Virus record (IMG/VR): IMGVR_UViG_3300030397_000318
Span: 1-59,544 of that record
DNA from: a virus
Lineage: Duplodnaviria; Caudoviricetes
Strand: one strand, 5' to 3'
Length of the DNA: 59,544 nt
Of the stretch, positions 25,860-34,908 are shown in pieces; within the stretch, counting starts at the first letter, position 1; each line of letters opens with the position of its first letter. A program made the translations under genes and the position numbers. Below the pieces are notes generated by a model that worked only from the letters and a program-made list of their open reading frames with translations, made no database searches and was not told where the DNA came from.

Positions 25860-26387
25860 TCAGTACGTGAGAGCTTGCTTCGCTGCCTTCAGAGCCGCCA
25901 GTGCCTTGGCGTCCCGGTCTTTGAGCGCATTTGCCAGCGCATCTAGCTCCGCCTTCTGTTTCGCGCATCCGTCCATGCCTTTCTCTAAAGCCTTGAGGGA
26001 ATCCTCTAGCTCCTTGACGCGCCCCATCAAGTCTTTCTCGCGCTCACCAAGATCCCGCTCCCGAACATTGCACGCCGCCTCACGATCAGCGACGGCATCT
26101 TCCCGACGATCCAACCCCATGGAACGCTGGTCTTGCTCGTCGTTCTTCTTCCGCTTCTTTGCGTCGAAGTCCTTCTCCATTTTCTCAAGCTTGGCCGTCA
26201 TCTCGCGAATCTCGGCGAGGGTTGCCTCGGCTTGATCGAAGCGTTCCTGGTTCTTCTTCGCGGCCTCATCGGCTTCGGCGGTGCGCTTTTGAATCTCGGC
26301 GATCTTCTTCTTGTATGCAGAAGGATCGGCTGCGATCTCCACCAGAGCCGAAGCAGGAATATCACCTGCAAAACTGCGTGCGGGCAT
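25860..26387 (-). CDS. coiled-coil protein
   Basis: Heptad-rich E/K/A composition. Confidence 0.7.
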   Translation of the reverse strand: MPARSFAGDIPASALVEIAADPSAYKKKIAEIQKRTAEADEAAKKNQERFDQAEATLAEIREMTAKLEKMEKDFDAKKRKKNDEQDQRSMGLDRREDAVADREAACNVRERDLGEREKDLMGRVKELEDSLKALEKGMDGCAKQKAELDALANALKDRDAKALAALKAAKQALTY

Positions 26388-26389
26388 GA

Positions 26390-26731
26390 TTAATGTCCTT
26401 TCCCGAGTGTCACGTTCACCGTTACATCGGTGGACGAGTGCATGGCGATGTGGGTGTGCGACGGAAGCACTTCAAAGACTTCCACGGTTCCGCCGAGAAC
26501 CATCATGCTGTCAGTCGACGCCGCGACGGCATCGGATGTGCCGAACTTCAGGCTGTAGTCACCCGCTTCAATCGAAGACACCCGAACAGTCCGGTTCGCG
26601 GGGTTGGGCCATTCGCGAAGGCTTGTGGACTCAAGGGCATTCAGGGTGGAAGCGTTCGTGACCGACACGCGGAAACTGGGTGCCGTAGAATTGATGGGCC
26701 GGAAAGGCTGATTGAACGTTTGGATTGCCAT
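26390..26731 (-). CDS. small Ser/Thr-rich beta protein, putative virion protein
   Basis: FGTSDAVAASTDSMMVLGGTVEVF pattern seen in small phage structural proteins. Confidence 0.65.
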   Translation of the reverse strand: MAIQTFNQPFRPINSTAPSFRVSVTNASTLNALESTSLREWPNPANRTVRVSSIEAGDYSLKFGTSDAVAASTDSMMVLGGTVEVFEVLPSHTHIAMHSSTDVTVNVTLGKGH

Positions 26732-26741
26732 ATCGATCTCT

Positions 26742-29678
26742 CTAGGCTGCTACTCTCTTCTTAGCACGGACTCGACTGCGCCGACGATATACAAACTTCG
26801 TGGTGACGCCAGCGTCATCGCCTTCTCTCAGCCCCGACCCGCTTATTGTAGCATCACCCGCCGCAAGTGCGCCATTACCAATTGAGAACGAGATACCCTC
26901 GCCCACAATATCGGCATCGCCAGCAACCAAGGTGCCGCCACCCAGGACATCGGCATCTGTGATGACACCGGAGCCGGATATCGTCGCATCACCGGCATCC
27001 AGAGCACCGTTACCGACCGAGAAACTAGTTCCCTCACCAGATACAGTGGCGTCTTGTGCGGTGAGCGCACCGTTACCAGTGCTGGAGGATGTGCCTTCGC
27101 CCGATATCGTGGCGTCGTTCGCTGCCAGTGCGCCGTTGCCCTGCCAGAGAAGATACCCCTCACCCGAGACGGTTGCGGCAGACGCGGCCAGCGCTCCGTT
27201 ACCAACGCTTTGAGACGTGCCCGATCCTGCGATGGTTGCGTCATTTGCGGCGAGAGCGCCGTTACCCGAGACAGAAGACGTACCGGAACCGGCAATCGTC
27301 GCGTCTTGGGCATCAAGGGCACCGTTACCGACGCTCTGTGACGTTCCCTCACCCGTGATGGTCGCATCGCCAGCGTTAAGCGCACCGTTACCGGCTGTGG
27401 CGACAGCACCGGAACCAGCAATTGTGGAGTCCTGCGCAGAGAGTGCACCGTTACCAACAGACGAACTAGTTCCATGGCCCGATACCGTGGCGTCTTGAGC
27501 CGCAAGCGAGCCGTTACCGGAGATAACAAGCTCACCCTCACCAACGATTGTGGCATCCTGGGCGGAAAGTGCGCCATTACCGACACTTTGAGAGGTGCCT
27601 TCGCCCGAGACTGTGGCATCTTGGGCGGCGAGCGCGCCATTACCCGTCCAAAGAAGATAGCCTTCGCCAGAGACGGTCGCGTCTTGGGCACTGAGCGCAC
27701 CGTTACCGACACTCTGAGATGTTCCCTCACCCGATACCGTGGCGTCTTGGGCGGTGAGAGCACCGTTACCAACGGACGCAGTGGTGCCTTCGCCCGTGAC
27801 AGACGCATCCTGCGCCGCCAGCGCTCCATTACCGACGCTTTGGGACGTACCCTCGCCGGAGACCGCCGCGTTTTGGGCACTAAGAGCGCCCTCGCCCAGA
27901 TGCTTGGCAACACCAGACCCCGAAACTGTAGCGTCTTGGGCTACAAGTGCTCCGTTACCTACGCTGGAACTAGTTCCCTCACCGGATACGGTGGCGTCTT
28001 GTCCTGTGAGAGCGCCGTTACCGGTGCTGGAGTATGTTCCCTCACCAACGATAGTGACATCGCCCGCCTGAAGCGCACCATTGCCTGTGTGATCTGCCGC
28101 ACCGGCACCCTTATTGGCAAAATCACCCTCTGGGCGCAGGAAGCCCGCGAGGCCAAACCTCGTGAGAACACCAACTGGACGCTCGAATGCGCTGAGATCG
28201 CCTGAACCTGAGATGGTTGCCGCACCGGAGTCAGCAGCACCATTACCAGCGGACGAACTAGTTCCTTCGCCAGATACCGTGGCAGCCTGTGCGGAGAGTG
28301 CGCCATTACCAGATGCCGAGCCGGGACCGCTATCGAGCGTCCCTAGATTGATCGCAAAAAAGCCAACTTGATTCGCGATTGTCGGCGTTGCGTTACCGTC
28401 GTTGTATCCGTTGTCGACGGTCTCAAGCTGGACATCCTGGCCGTCAGGCCAGCCATCAATGACATCGAGAGCGCAAAAAGAATAATCTGGGCAATCATCG
28501 CTACCCTGCGTGCCACGGTTGTATGAGATATGCCGCCCACGGGTGCGATCTGTGCCGTTTAACTCAAGCTGGGCGCGCCGCGTAAGCCGCGTCCCATTTG
28601 AGGATGTTCGAGTCGCCCATATGTTGCCCCAAACAAGAGCGTCTATCGCAGCGCCGGAATCGTTCGTGAGGGCATCCGTGCCAGAACTCGCAAAGCTATC
28701 AGTGTCAATCGCGGTGTTCGAGCGCATCGCATTGTGCGTGACCGCCGAAGTTGATGCCGTGTCTTGGGCGGCTGTCCCGTCAACGCCAATGTAAACCTCT
28801 GCGCTGGAAGGCAGTTCGACAACAAAAACACCCCCAACACCAGCAACCCTGGAAGTTGTTCCTGTCTCAGTCGCCCCCTGCCGCGACCCCTGCATCGTGA
28901 TAACGGTTGATCCCGAGTTGTCGTACAGGATCATCCCCGAAGGGCGCATATATTGGTTGTCGGAATCGCGGCTATATGAAGCGTGGGTGGACGCATCCAG
29001 CGCCGAGCCACCGCTCTCCATGCGCACAAGACGCGAAGTCCGAACCCCGGAAGTATTGTCGCACCCGAAACCGTAGCCGATCAGATAGCGGGCGGTGTTC
29101 TTGATTGTGATGTCATTGCCGCTACGCTGGATACTGTCGGTATCGTTCTCCAGAATATTGCTGTTGAGGCTTACATCTGCCCACGTCGCAGCACTCGGGT
29201 CCGTCGTATCGGTTGTATCCTCATACATGCCGATAGACGCACTGTCGTGAAGCCTGATGACCGTGAGGGTTGAGACGTTTGCCGCTGTTCCGGTGCCAGA
29301 ACTGTCTCCGTCACGGCGATGCTGGCAAGCCACAGTGTCTGTGGTTGCAGCCGTAGAGACAAGGCCATAAGCCTTAAAACTAGTTTCGTCGTTGTTGGCA
29401 TCACGAGTGTAACCAGACCCAGGGATGCTGATGAAATCACCGCTTCCCGTATGGATAATCTGGCCATTGGGATTCATCCGGTTGGACGCGCCTGTATATT
29501 CGCACGTCGCAACAACCAGATAGAGGCCAGCTTCCGTCAGCGTGACGACGCCAGCACTCTCAGAATAAATGGAATTTTGGTTTAGGGTTTCGGTCGCAAA
29601 GTCGACCGTGGTGAACGAAGTTCCGGGGGATTGGCCGCCAGCACTGTCAGTCCAAATTCCAACGTCGCCGACAGCCAT
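26742..29678 (-). CDS. large fibre-like protein: N-terminal beta domains plus ~22 x 21-aa repeats
   Basis: Repeat consensus SVGNGALxAQDATVSGEGTSQ; basic C-terminal tail. Confidence 0.85.
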   Translation of the reverse strand: MAVGDVGIWTDSAGGQSPGTSFTTVDFATETLNQNSIYSESAGVVTLTEAGLYLVVATCEYTGASNRMNPNGQIIHTGSGDFISIPGSGYTRDANNDETSFKAYGLVSTAATTDTVACQHRRDGDSSGTGTAANVSTLTVIRLHDSASIGMYEDTTDTTDPSAATWADVSLNSNILENDTDSIQRSGNDITIKNTARYLIGYGFGCDNTSGVRTSRLVRMESGGSALDASTHASYSRDSDNQYMRPSGMILYDNSGSTVITMQGSRQGATETGTTSRVAGVGGVFVVELPSSAEVYIGVDGTAAQDTASTSAVTHNAMRSNTAIDTDSFASSGTDALTNDSGAAIDALVWGNIWATRTSSNGTRLTRRAQLELNGTDRTRGRHISYNRGTQGSDDCPDYSFCALDVIDGWPDGQDVQLETVDNGYNDGNATPTIANQVGFFAINLGTLDSGPGSASGNGALSAQAATVSGEGTSSSAGNGAADSGAATISGSGDLSAFERPVGVLTRFGLAGFLRPEGDFANKGAGAADHTGNGALQAGDVTIVGEGTYSSTGNGALTGQDATVSGEGTSSSVGNGALVAQDATVSGSGVAKHLGEGALSAQNAAVSGEGTSQSVGNGALAAQDASVTGEGTTASVGNGALTAQDATVSGEGTSQSVGNGALSAQDATVSGEGYLLWTGNGALAAQDATVSGEGTSQSVGNGALSAQDATIVGEGELVISGNGSLAAQDATVSGHGTSSSVGNGALSAQDSTIAGSGAVATAGNGALNAGDATITGEGTSQSVGNGALDAQDATIAGSGTSSVSGNGALAANDATIAGSGTSQSVGNGALAASAATVSGEGYLLWQGNGALAANDATISGEGTSSSTGNGALTAQDATVSGEGTSFSVGNGALDAGDATISGSGVITDADVLGGGTLVAGDADIVGEGISFSIGNGALAAGDATISGSGLREGDDAGVTTKFVYRRRSRVRAKKRVAA
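26830..28320 (-). repeat. 63-bp coding tandem repeat, ~22 units
   Basis: Recurrent GCACCGTTACC / GGCGTCTTG on the + strand at ~63-bp spacing, with one interruption near 28090-28200. Confidence 0.9.
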
Positions 29679-29753
29679 TATCTACGACTTTCGTGGTGGC
29701 TAACCCCGTCTTTCCCTTGAGCTTTCATACAAGAGCCTCATCGAGTTGAGGCT

Positions 29754-30131
29754 CTAGCTCATCGCAGAATATGTCAGCGACGTGATTGAGACTGTCTGCC
29801 CGGAAGAAATCACGTTGGACGAAAGCTCGATATCGCCGCCGCCCCCCGTCGAGGTGACGGAACACCGGAATACTTCCGTGGAGCACGAGGCCAGACCAAC
29901 GGCCACGGTAACGGTACCCGCCGTCGAGGCAGTGCCATCAGTGATAGAGTTAGCTGTAGCGGTGCCGCCAGATGCCGCGCCGAACGCTGTTGAGTCGAAC
30001 GTAAGCACAACAACCGACGTAGACGCCGACGCCCGGAAGTCGAGAAGGCCGAAAGTACTTCCATCCTCAAGGGAGTCGACGACGGTATCGGCCACGAGGT
30101 TCCGAATGGTGGTGGGGTGTGTTACTGCCAT
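29754..30131 (-). CDS. small Ser/Thr-rich putative virion/fibre-associated protein
   Basis: IRNLVADTVV...AFGAASGGTATA...GGGGDIELSS...GQTVSITSLT pattern; adjacent to the repeat protein. Confidence 0.7.
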   Translation of the reverse strand: MAVTHPTTIRNLVADTVVDSLEDGSTFGLLDFRASASTSVVVLTFDSTAFGAASGGTATANSITDGTASTAGTVTVAVGLASCSTEVFRCSVTSTGGGGDIELSSNVISSGQTVSITSLTYSAMS

Positions 30132-30337
30132 TTCAACGTTCCTTGTCCCGCCACCGAAGACCGATTCGCCGGTCCAATGATTTCAATTCGCCCCATGTGT
30201 ACCCAAACCGGCACCAACGCCGCTAGCTCATTATAGCCTTCGCGTACAGTGTAAGTAAGCCCCTCCATGTACGTGGAATTTAGTTCGTCTGACTTAAACG
30301 TCGTCAAAGCACGAAAACTGAAGGGAACCTCTGGCAT
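30122..30337 (-). CDS. hypothetical protein
   Basis: Coupled ORF. Confidence 0.6.
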   Translation of the reverse strand: MPEVPFSFRALTTFKSDELNSTYMEGLTYTVREGYNELAALVPVWVHMGRIEIIGPANRSSVAGQGTLKWQ

Positions 30338-31116
30338 TAGGCAATCACGAAGGTAATGTCAGAGGACACGTTATCAGTCACAGACGTAAACGTAACCTTG
30401 CCGGTGGACGAATACGCGGTGATGTCGGAACCTTGGCCATTCAGAGCGCCGGAGGTGAATTTGATGATCAAACCCTTGTAGTGATCCGGGGTTGTTTCTG
30501 TCAGATCGGTATTGGCGAAGGTGTTCGAGGAACCATCCAGGGTGATCCCGGTAGTCTGGGCATCGGCGTGCTGTTTGAATGTCAGTGCCGACGTGGATGC
30601 GCCAGCGATGTAGTGCATATCCACGATGGACGAGGCGGTTTCCAGGCCAGCCGTCGAGAACTGGGATGTCACGAGCGACGAGTCGTGCGGCATACCCTCT
30701 ACCGTGGTGCCGCCCCAGCGAACTACATCCACCAACGAGGAAGCGGTTTCCAAGCCTGCGGTGGAGACAGTTTCCAGACCAGCCGTCGAGAAGGACTGAT
30801 ATCTCTCACGGATCGACCATTGGCCGATCACGTACCCAGAAAGATCTTCCGACGCGGCACCCGATGAGATGATCGCAGTGTATTCACCCGCCGAAGAGTA
30901 AAACCCAGCCGTGGACATATCCACCTGGAGGTGATTGAGGCCGGTAACGGTATCGAAGGTGGATGTCAGGGTGACTCCGGACGAATCCTGTACCGTGGAG
31001 CCGTCACGGTACACGGTCACTCCAGCGGAGGAGAGGGCTGTGGGCGCGCCGGTCGAGTTCACCGTGGTGAACTTAATATGAACCGTGCTGCCGAAGTCGA
31101 AGTCACCGTAATACAA
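30337..31116 (-). CDS. Ser/Thr-rich putative virion protein
   Basis: Internal STAGLET repeats (x3); beta-rich. Confidence 0.7.
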   Translation of the reverse strand: MYYGDFDFGSTVHIKFTTVNSTGAPTALSSAGVTVYRDGSTVQDSSGVTLTSTFDTVTGLNHLQVDMSTAGFYSSAGEYTAIISSGAASEDLSGYVIGQWSIRERYQSFSTAGLETVSTAGLETASSLVDVVRWGGTTVEGMPHDSSLVTSQFSTAGLETASSIVDMHYIAGASTSALTFKQHADAQTTGITLDGSSNTFANTDLTETTPDHYKGLIIKFTSGALNGQGSDITAYSSTGKVTFTSVTDNVSSDITFVIA

Positions 31117-31879
31117 TTACGTTCTCCGGGTACGCCGGTTTGCCCCGCGCCCAGTCTACCATCTTTCTCCACGCATGAACTAGTTTGTTCCTTGCGCGAC
31201 TGAGAAGCTTACCGTGTCCGGATGGTCCAGCACCACCGCCCGCTGCGGCATTGATGAGCATCCCGCTGGACGCCCAGGTCCCCGACTTGGGGAGCGTCCA
31301 ATCCATCTCGGTTGGAGTACTGCCGCCGCCTTCGGTTGACATACCGAAAACATTACCGCCCGTGTCGATATCAATCCGCGATGTTTGTCCGCCACCAACT
31401 GTAAGCGTGCCGCTAAAGGCAAAACCACAACACGCGTCTACAACCTGATCGTCACTGTCTGAATTGGTTGTAACGCTTACATTGATCGCCGCTGAACCGG
31501 CATTCTCGGAAGCGGCATTGCTGACCGATGTTGTTTGGTCAACGCCGGAAAAATTCAGGCCTCCTTGGCGTCCCGCCCCCGCACCACCGTTATAATCGAA
31601 CCGCAACGTATAACTACTGTCGTCCTGATTGGCAGGATTGGTCCTGTAACTCAGGTTCGCGTATCGAGTGCCATCATTGCCGTCGATGGCTTCCGTCAGC
31701 GTCTCGTTGTCCCCCGAGGGGTCCCAAATGACGCTTGTCATATCAGCACCGGAACCTTGCTTGTGGGAGCCGCTGACAAGCAATACGTCGCTTTCTCCGG
31801 ACTCTATCGTATGGGTGAGATCAGCCGGATCTGAGTTACTTTCCTGGGAACTGATAGTCCCGAATAACGCTACGGCCAT
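31103..31879 (-). CDS. Gly/Ser-rich beta protein, putative virion appendage
   Basis: FSGVDQT motif, Gly linker, basic C-terminal tail. Confidence 0.7.
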   Translation of the reverse strand: MAVALFGTISSQESNSDPADLTHTIESGESDVLLVSGSHKQGSGADMTSVIWDPSGDNETLTEAIDGNDGTRYANLSYRTNPANQDDSSYTLRFDYNGGAGAGRQGGLNFSGVDQTTSVSNAASENAGSAAINVSVTTNSDSDDQVVDACCGFAFSGTLTVGGGQTSRIDIDTGGNVFGMSTEGGGSTPTEMDWTLPKSGTWASSGMLINAAAGGGAGPSGHGKLLSRARNKLVHAWRKMVDWARGKPAYPENVIVLR

Positions 31880-32328
31880 GACGCAACCACCATATGGGCG
31901 ATACCGTAAACATGATAAAAGTTGTTCGACAACCCCGACACAGCGGCAATCGCTTGGCCCGAGCGCAGCCCATTACCCAACAAGATCGCCGTACCCGTTG
32001 CGTCTAGATGGTTCTTCGATTGCCCATACAAATTAACGTACCGCTGGCCGCGAACCGAATCTGCACACGCCATAGCGCACGACATATGTAAGATAAGATC
32101 GTAGGTTCCCTTGCCACGCCATAGGTTCGGATCATCAATCAACGAAATGCCGGTTATCTTCTCGTCGTGAAGCTCAACCGTGGCATTCGTGTAATGATTC
32201 TTGAGTTCCGTGACTAACTCGGCGGTGCTAGGGCTCTCATCGACATCGATGACGAGAATATCTCTGGCCACCGGGACGCGCAGCTTGGCAACAGCCAGTA
32301 TCCCCTCATGCCAAACAACTAACGCCAT
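31870..32328 (-). CDS. hypothetical protein
   Basis: Overlapping co-oriented ORF. Confidence 0.6.
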   Translation of the reverse strand: MALVVWHEGILAVAKLRVPVARDILVIDVDESPSTAELVTELKNHYTNATVELHDEKITGISLIDDPNLWRGKGTYDLILHMSCAMACADSVRGQRYVNLYGQSKNHLDATGTAILLGNGLRSGQAIAAVSGLSNNFYHVYGIAHMVVASWP

Positions 32329-32657
32329 TCCGATCTACCCCCTAACACAGCGTCAGGGTCTAACGTCTTCACCCATTCCTGGGTTTCTTCGTCAAAGAAC
32401 TCAAAGAAATAAATCGCTTCAGAGCGGATATCCCTCAACTCACGCTCACCACCGATATTCGCGTCGATATCCTTCTCTTCAATATCCGTCACGGGACGGC
32501 GAAGAATGAACTCTACAGTCTTATCCGTTTTCCCCCGCATCTTGATTCCAGACACACGATAACGCCGCAAGCCTGTATCGGGATCAAGCGTATAGAGGTT
32601 GTCATGCTCAAGACCAACTTCGCAGCCATCGACGCGGGACATGGGGACGAATGTCAT
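32319..32657 (-). CDS. hypothetical protein
   Basis: Start MTFVPM, ATGA-coupled. Confidence 0.6.
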   Translation of the reverse strand: MTFVPMSRVDGCEVGLEHDNLYTLDPDTGLRRYRVSGIKMRGKTDKTVEFILRRPVTDIEEKDIDANIGGERELRDIRSEAIYFFEFFDEETQEWVKTLDPDAVLGGRSEWR

Positions 32658-32986
32658 GCCGCTTCCCGTTCCTCGATATGCATCACAAACGAGATTGCGG
32701 GGTCGAGCCACCACGTCCACACATGATCGACGGTGACAGCCTTCCCATTCTCATGCGTCTGAGCGCGAAGACGGGCTCCTTCGGGCCAACAGACCAGAAA
32801 GCCGCTGCTTACCCTTCCGTCCACCTCAAAATCATACCAGTGCAGGAAAGGCGAGCCTTCATCGATTTCATTGGAACCGGGGAATTTCGGTGCATAGAAG
32901 GGCGTGCCATCCCAGGGTATGCAACGAAGATCATCGCACACACCCAGCCGCACAGCGGCCAACTCTTCCTCGAAAGTCCTTTGCAT
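32654..32986 (-). CDS. hypothetical protein
   Basis: First ORF after the structured intergenic region. Confidence 0.6.
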   Translation of the reverse strand: MQRTFEEELAAVRLGVCDDLRCIPWDGTPFYAPKFPGSNEIDEGSPFLHWYDFEVDGRVSSGFLVCWPEGARLRAQTHENGKAVTVDHVWTWWLDPAISFVMHIEEREAA

Positions 32987-32989
32987 AAG

Positions 32990-33360
32990 CTACTTTTACC
33001 AAAGAACTCCAGACATACCAAGCCTAACGGCGATCTCGTGATCGCCTACTTCCTCGGAAGTGTTTCTTACCCAAGTGAAGGCATTCAAGCGGGCGTTACC
33101 TGTATACCGTAGGTTCGGCTGTCCCCTCTGCAAAACCAGTCTGAGGGGCGGCATCGCGGGTGGCTGTCGGTACCCATGACCCCCGTAGACGCCTTGGCAC
33201 TCATCCCCGGACTCCTGGGCGTTGATACGTCCCAGGCCTCTGCCGCAGGAAACTTTTACGCGGTCGACTCTTGAGATGATTCAAGCGAGAGGCTATATTT
33301 AGCCTGCAAAACCATCATCATCCGTGGTCGGTTTTTGCGAGTCCAACTTAGACTCCCTCG
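32990..33360 (-). other. hairpin-dense non-coding region (candidate ncRNA/leader/origin)
   Basis: At least seven inverted repeats and no credible ORF. Confidence 0.5.
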
Positions 33361-33365
33361 AAACT

Positions 33366-33403
33366 AAAAACCCCGCGTACTGGCTGTGTACGTGGGGTTT
33401 TTT
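33366..33403. terminator. intrinsic terminator-like hairpin, bidirectional
   Basis: AAAAACCCCGCGTAC-loop-GTACGTGGGGTTTTTT directly after the gcrA-like stop. Confidence 0.75.
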
Positions 33404-33406
33404 CCA

Positions 33407-33838
33407 TCACCATCCCCGTCCCGGCACATCGATGATCTGCCCCGCCGGTGCGGTGCGCTTCACGTTGTTCCGAATCCAGTTCTGGTCGCATTGCTGGCAT
33501 AAGCCTCGACGATTAATGACTCGGATATTACCACATCCAGGTGTGGCACATTGCGAATCACCCCAATTGACTTTCGGCTCCTCCGGTTTCGGTGGCTGCC
33601 TTTCAACTATCTCGGTGGGCGCTTCTGGGTGCCGAAGAAGGCCAGCGTGCCGGAGCCGGTATATTTTGCCGACAACAGCGTTCTTCGTCCGCAGGCCGGG
33701 GCCAGGGAGTCCGCGCGCGATCTGGGCAGCCGACAGTCCTGCCAGATGCCCCGATATCAAGTGCAACATCTGTTCCTCGGACCATGTGCCTTGGGCACGT
33801 CCCCACTTACTTTTGCGATGGTCTTTGTTTAAGGCCAT
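33407..33838 (-). CDS. gcrA: GcrA-like regulator with C-terminal Cys cluster
   Basis: WSEE...GLSAAQIARGL...TKNAVVGKIYRL matches the GcrA N-terminal domain. Confidence 0.8.
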   Translation of the reverse strand: MALNKDHRKSKWGRAQGTWSEEQMLHLISGHLAGLSAAQIARGLPGPGLRTKNAVVGKIYRLRHAGLLRHPEAPTEIVERQPPKPEEPKVNWGDSQCATPGCGNIRVINRRGLCQQCDQNWIRNNVKRTAPAGQIIDVPGRGW

Positions 33839-34112
33839 GGAGCACCGTTGTGTGATGTCTGTTGATAAGTCGGGCGATTTCGCTGAGTCCGTATCCCTTA
33901 TCGTAGAGGGTGCGAACAACATCCCACCTACAGGAAACTATTTTGCTGGCACGGGACTTGCCCCGGATATCGCCCACAGAGAGTCCGGACGAGTATGCAA
34001 CGCTCGCCATAATGCTGATTCCCCTGTGGGGGAATGGTGCCTCGCCGCTCATATCCACACGGAGAACAGGACACGCGCCGTCCCAGGTCTTCTCGGGGAA
34101 TACGAAGGTCAT
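33807..34112 (-). CDS. DnaA C-terminal-like HTH protein
   Basis: DIRGKSRASKIVSCRW...LSEIARLINRHHTTVLHG. Confidence 0.85.
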   Translation of the reverse strand: MTFVFPEKTWDGACPVLRVDMSGEAPFPHRGISIMASVAYSSGLSVGDIRGKSRASKIVSCRWDVVRTLYDKGYGLSEIARLINRHHTTVLHGLKQRPSQK

Positions 34113-34345
34113 TTTGCCGGTGTCGCGTTGATGATGTGGGCAACCACGGCTTTGCGGGCGGCAGGGGAGAATGTCATCGTGTCGCAGTCAGGACACTTAT
34201 ACATTCCGGAGATGTAGTTCTGGGGTTGGTAGGCGTTTCGGTGTTTGCATTTGAAGAGCCGCATCCAGAGGTGTCGTATGATCATGCTGTCGCTCCCGTT
34301 CCAGAGATCACCGGTGGCATGATCGGGCATCGTTGATTCCCGCAA
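34109..34345 (-). CDS. small Zn-finger-like protein
   Basis: CKH...CPDC; true start may be ~34285. Confidence 0.5.
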   Translation of the reverse strand: MRESTMPDHATGDLWNGSDSMIIRHLWMRLFKCKHRNAYQPQNYISGMYKCPDCDTMTFSPAARKAVVAHIINATPAK

Positions 34346-34467
34346 ACGTATCCGTATGTCGTGCCGTGATCAAATTTCATGCCGCATTCTCCACACTGAA
34401 TGCCCTTCTTCCCATTGGGCCATGGAAGCGGGGGAATCATTTCGTATTCTTCATCGGTATCGATCAT
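34282..34467 (-). CDS. small Zn-finger-like protein
   Basis: CGECG...GYVCGNQRCP. Confidence 0.6.
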   Translation of the reverse strand: MIDTDEEYEMIPPLPWPNGKKGIQCGECGMKFDHGTTYGYVCGNQRCPIMPPVISGTGATA

Positions 34468-34766
34468 CTCTTCCTCGCTATGTAAATGAATATCCGGTCG
34501 TTGCGTTTCTGGTACAGGTGGACTTGGGCGGGCACGTCTGGTGAGTAGTATGGCACCCCTCGGGCGAAGCGGTACCCAGCTAGGATCATGGCAGTGGCCG
34601 CGATGGTATCGACCTTGCCGGGGTTCTCCAGAAGCGAAAATGCCGGGTCTCGATCTACAATCAAGTTCCCGACGTGATAAACCCGTTCATCCCCCGGATC
34701 GGCTGTCGCTGCCCACGCTGTCAGTTCCTCGGTCGAGTGTACCTTCGGGGGCGTTGTCACCATCAC
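34464..34766 (-). CDS. hypothetical protein
   Basis: AW...A.PGD..VYHVG.L..DR...VHLYQKR pattern of alphaproteobacterial phages. Confidence 0.65.
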   Translation of the reverse strand: MMVTTPPKVHSTEELTAWAATADPGDERVYHVGNLIVDRDPAFSLLENPGKVDTIAATAMILAGYRFARGVPYYSPDVPAQVHLYQKRNDRIFIYIARKR

Positions 34767-34908
34767 TACCGGTCCATGTCATGAGTACCACGCGCTGACC
34801 AGCGCTGTTCACTAGAGGCTCGCCCGAAATTATCCACCCTCTCTTCTCGTAGTCAACAACTTCCGATTCATGGACGAAGCGTACTTCATTCATCACCGTT
34901 CTCCTCAA
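34687..34908 (-). CDS. hypothetical protein
   Basis: RFVHESEVVDYEKRGW pattern. Confidence 0.55.
   Translation of the reverse strand: MRRTVMNEVRFVHESEVVDYEKRGWIISGEPLVNSAGQRVVLMTWTGSDGDNAPEGTLDRGTDSVGSDSRSGG

Noticed and set aside
26800-28371. Several long alternative-frame and antisense ORFs with repeats
   Set aside because: By-products of the 63-bp coding repeat
33324-34217. 297-aa + strand ORF
   Set aside because: Opposite to recognisable GcrA-like and DnaA-C-like genes, crosses a terminator and has no motifs
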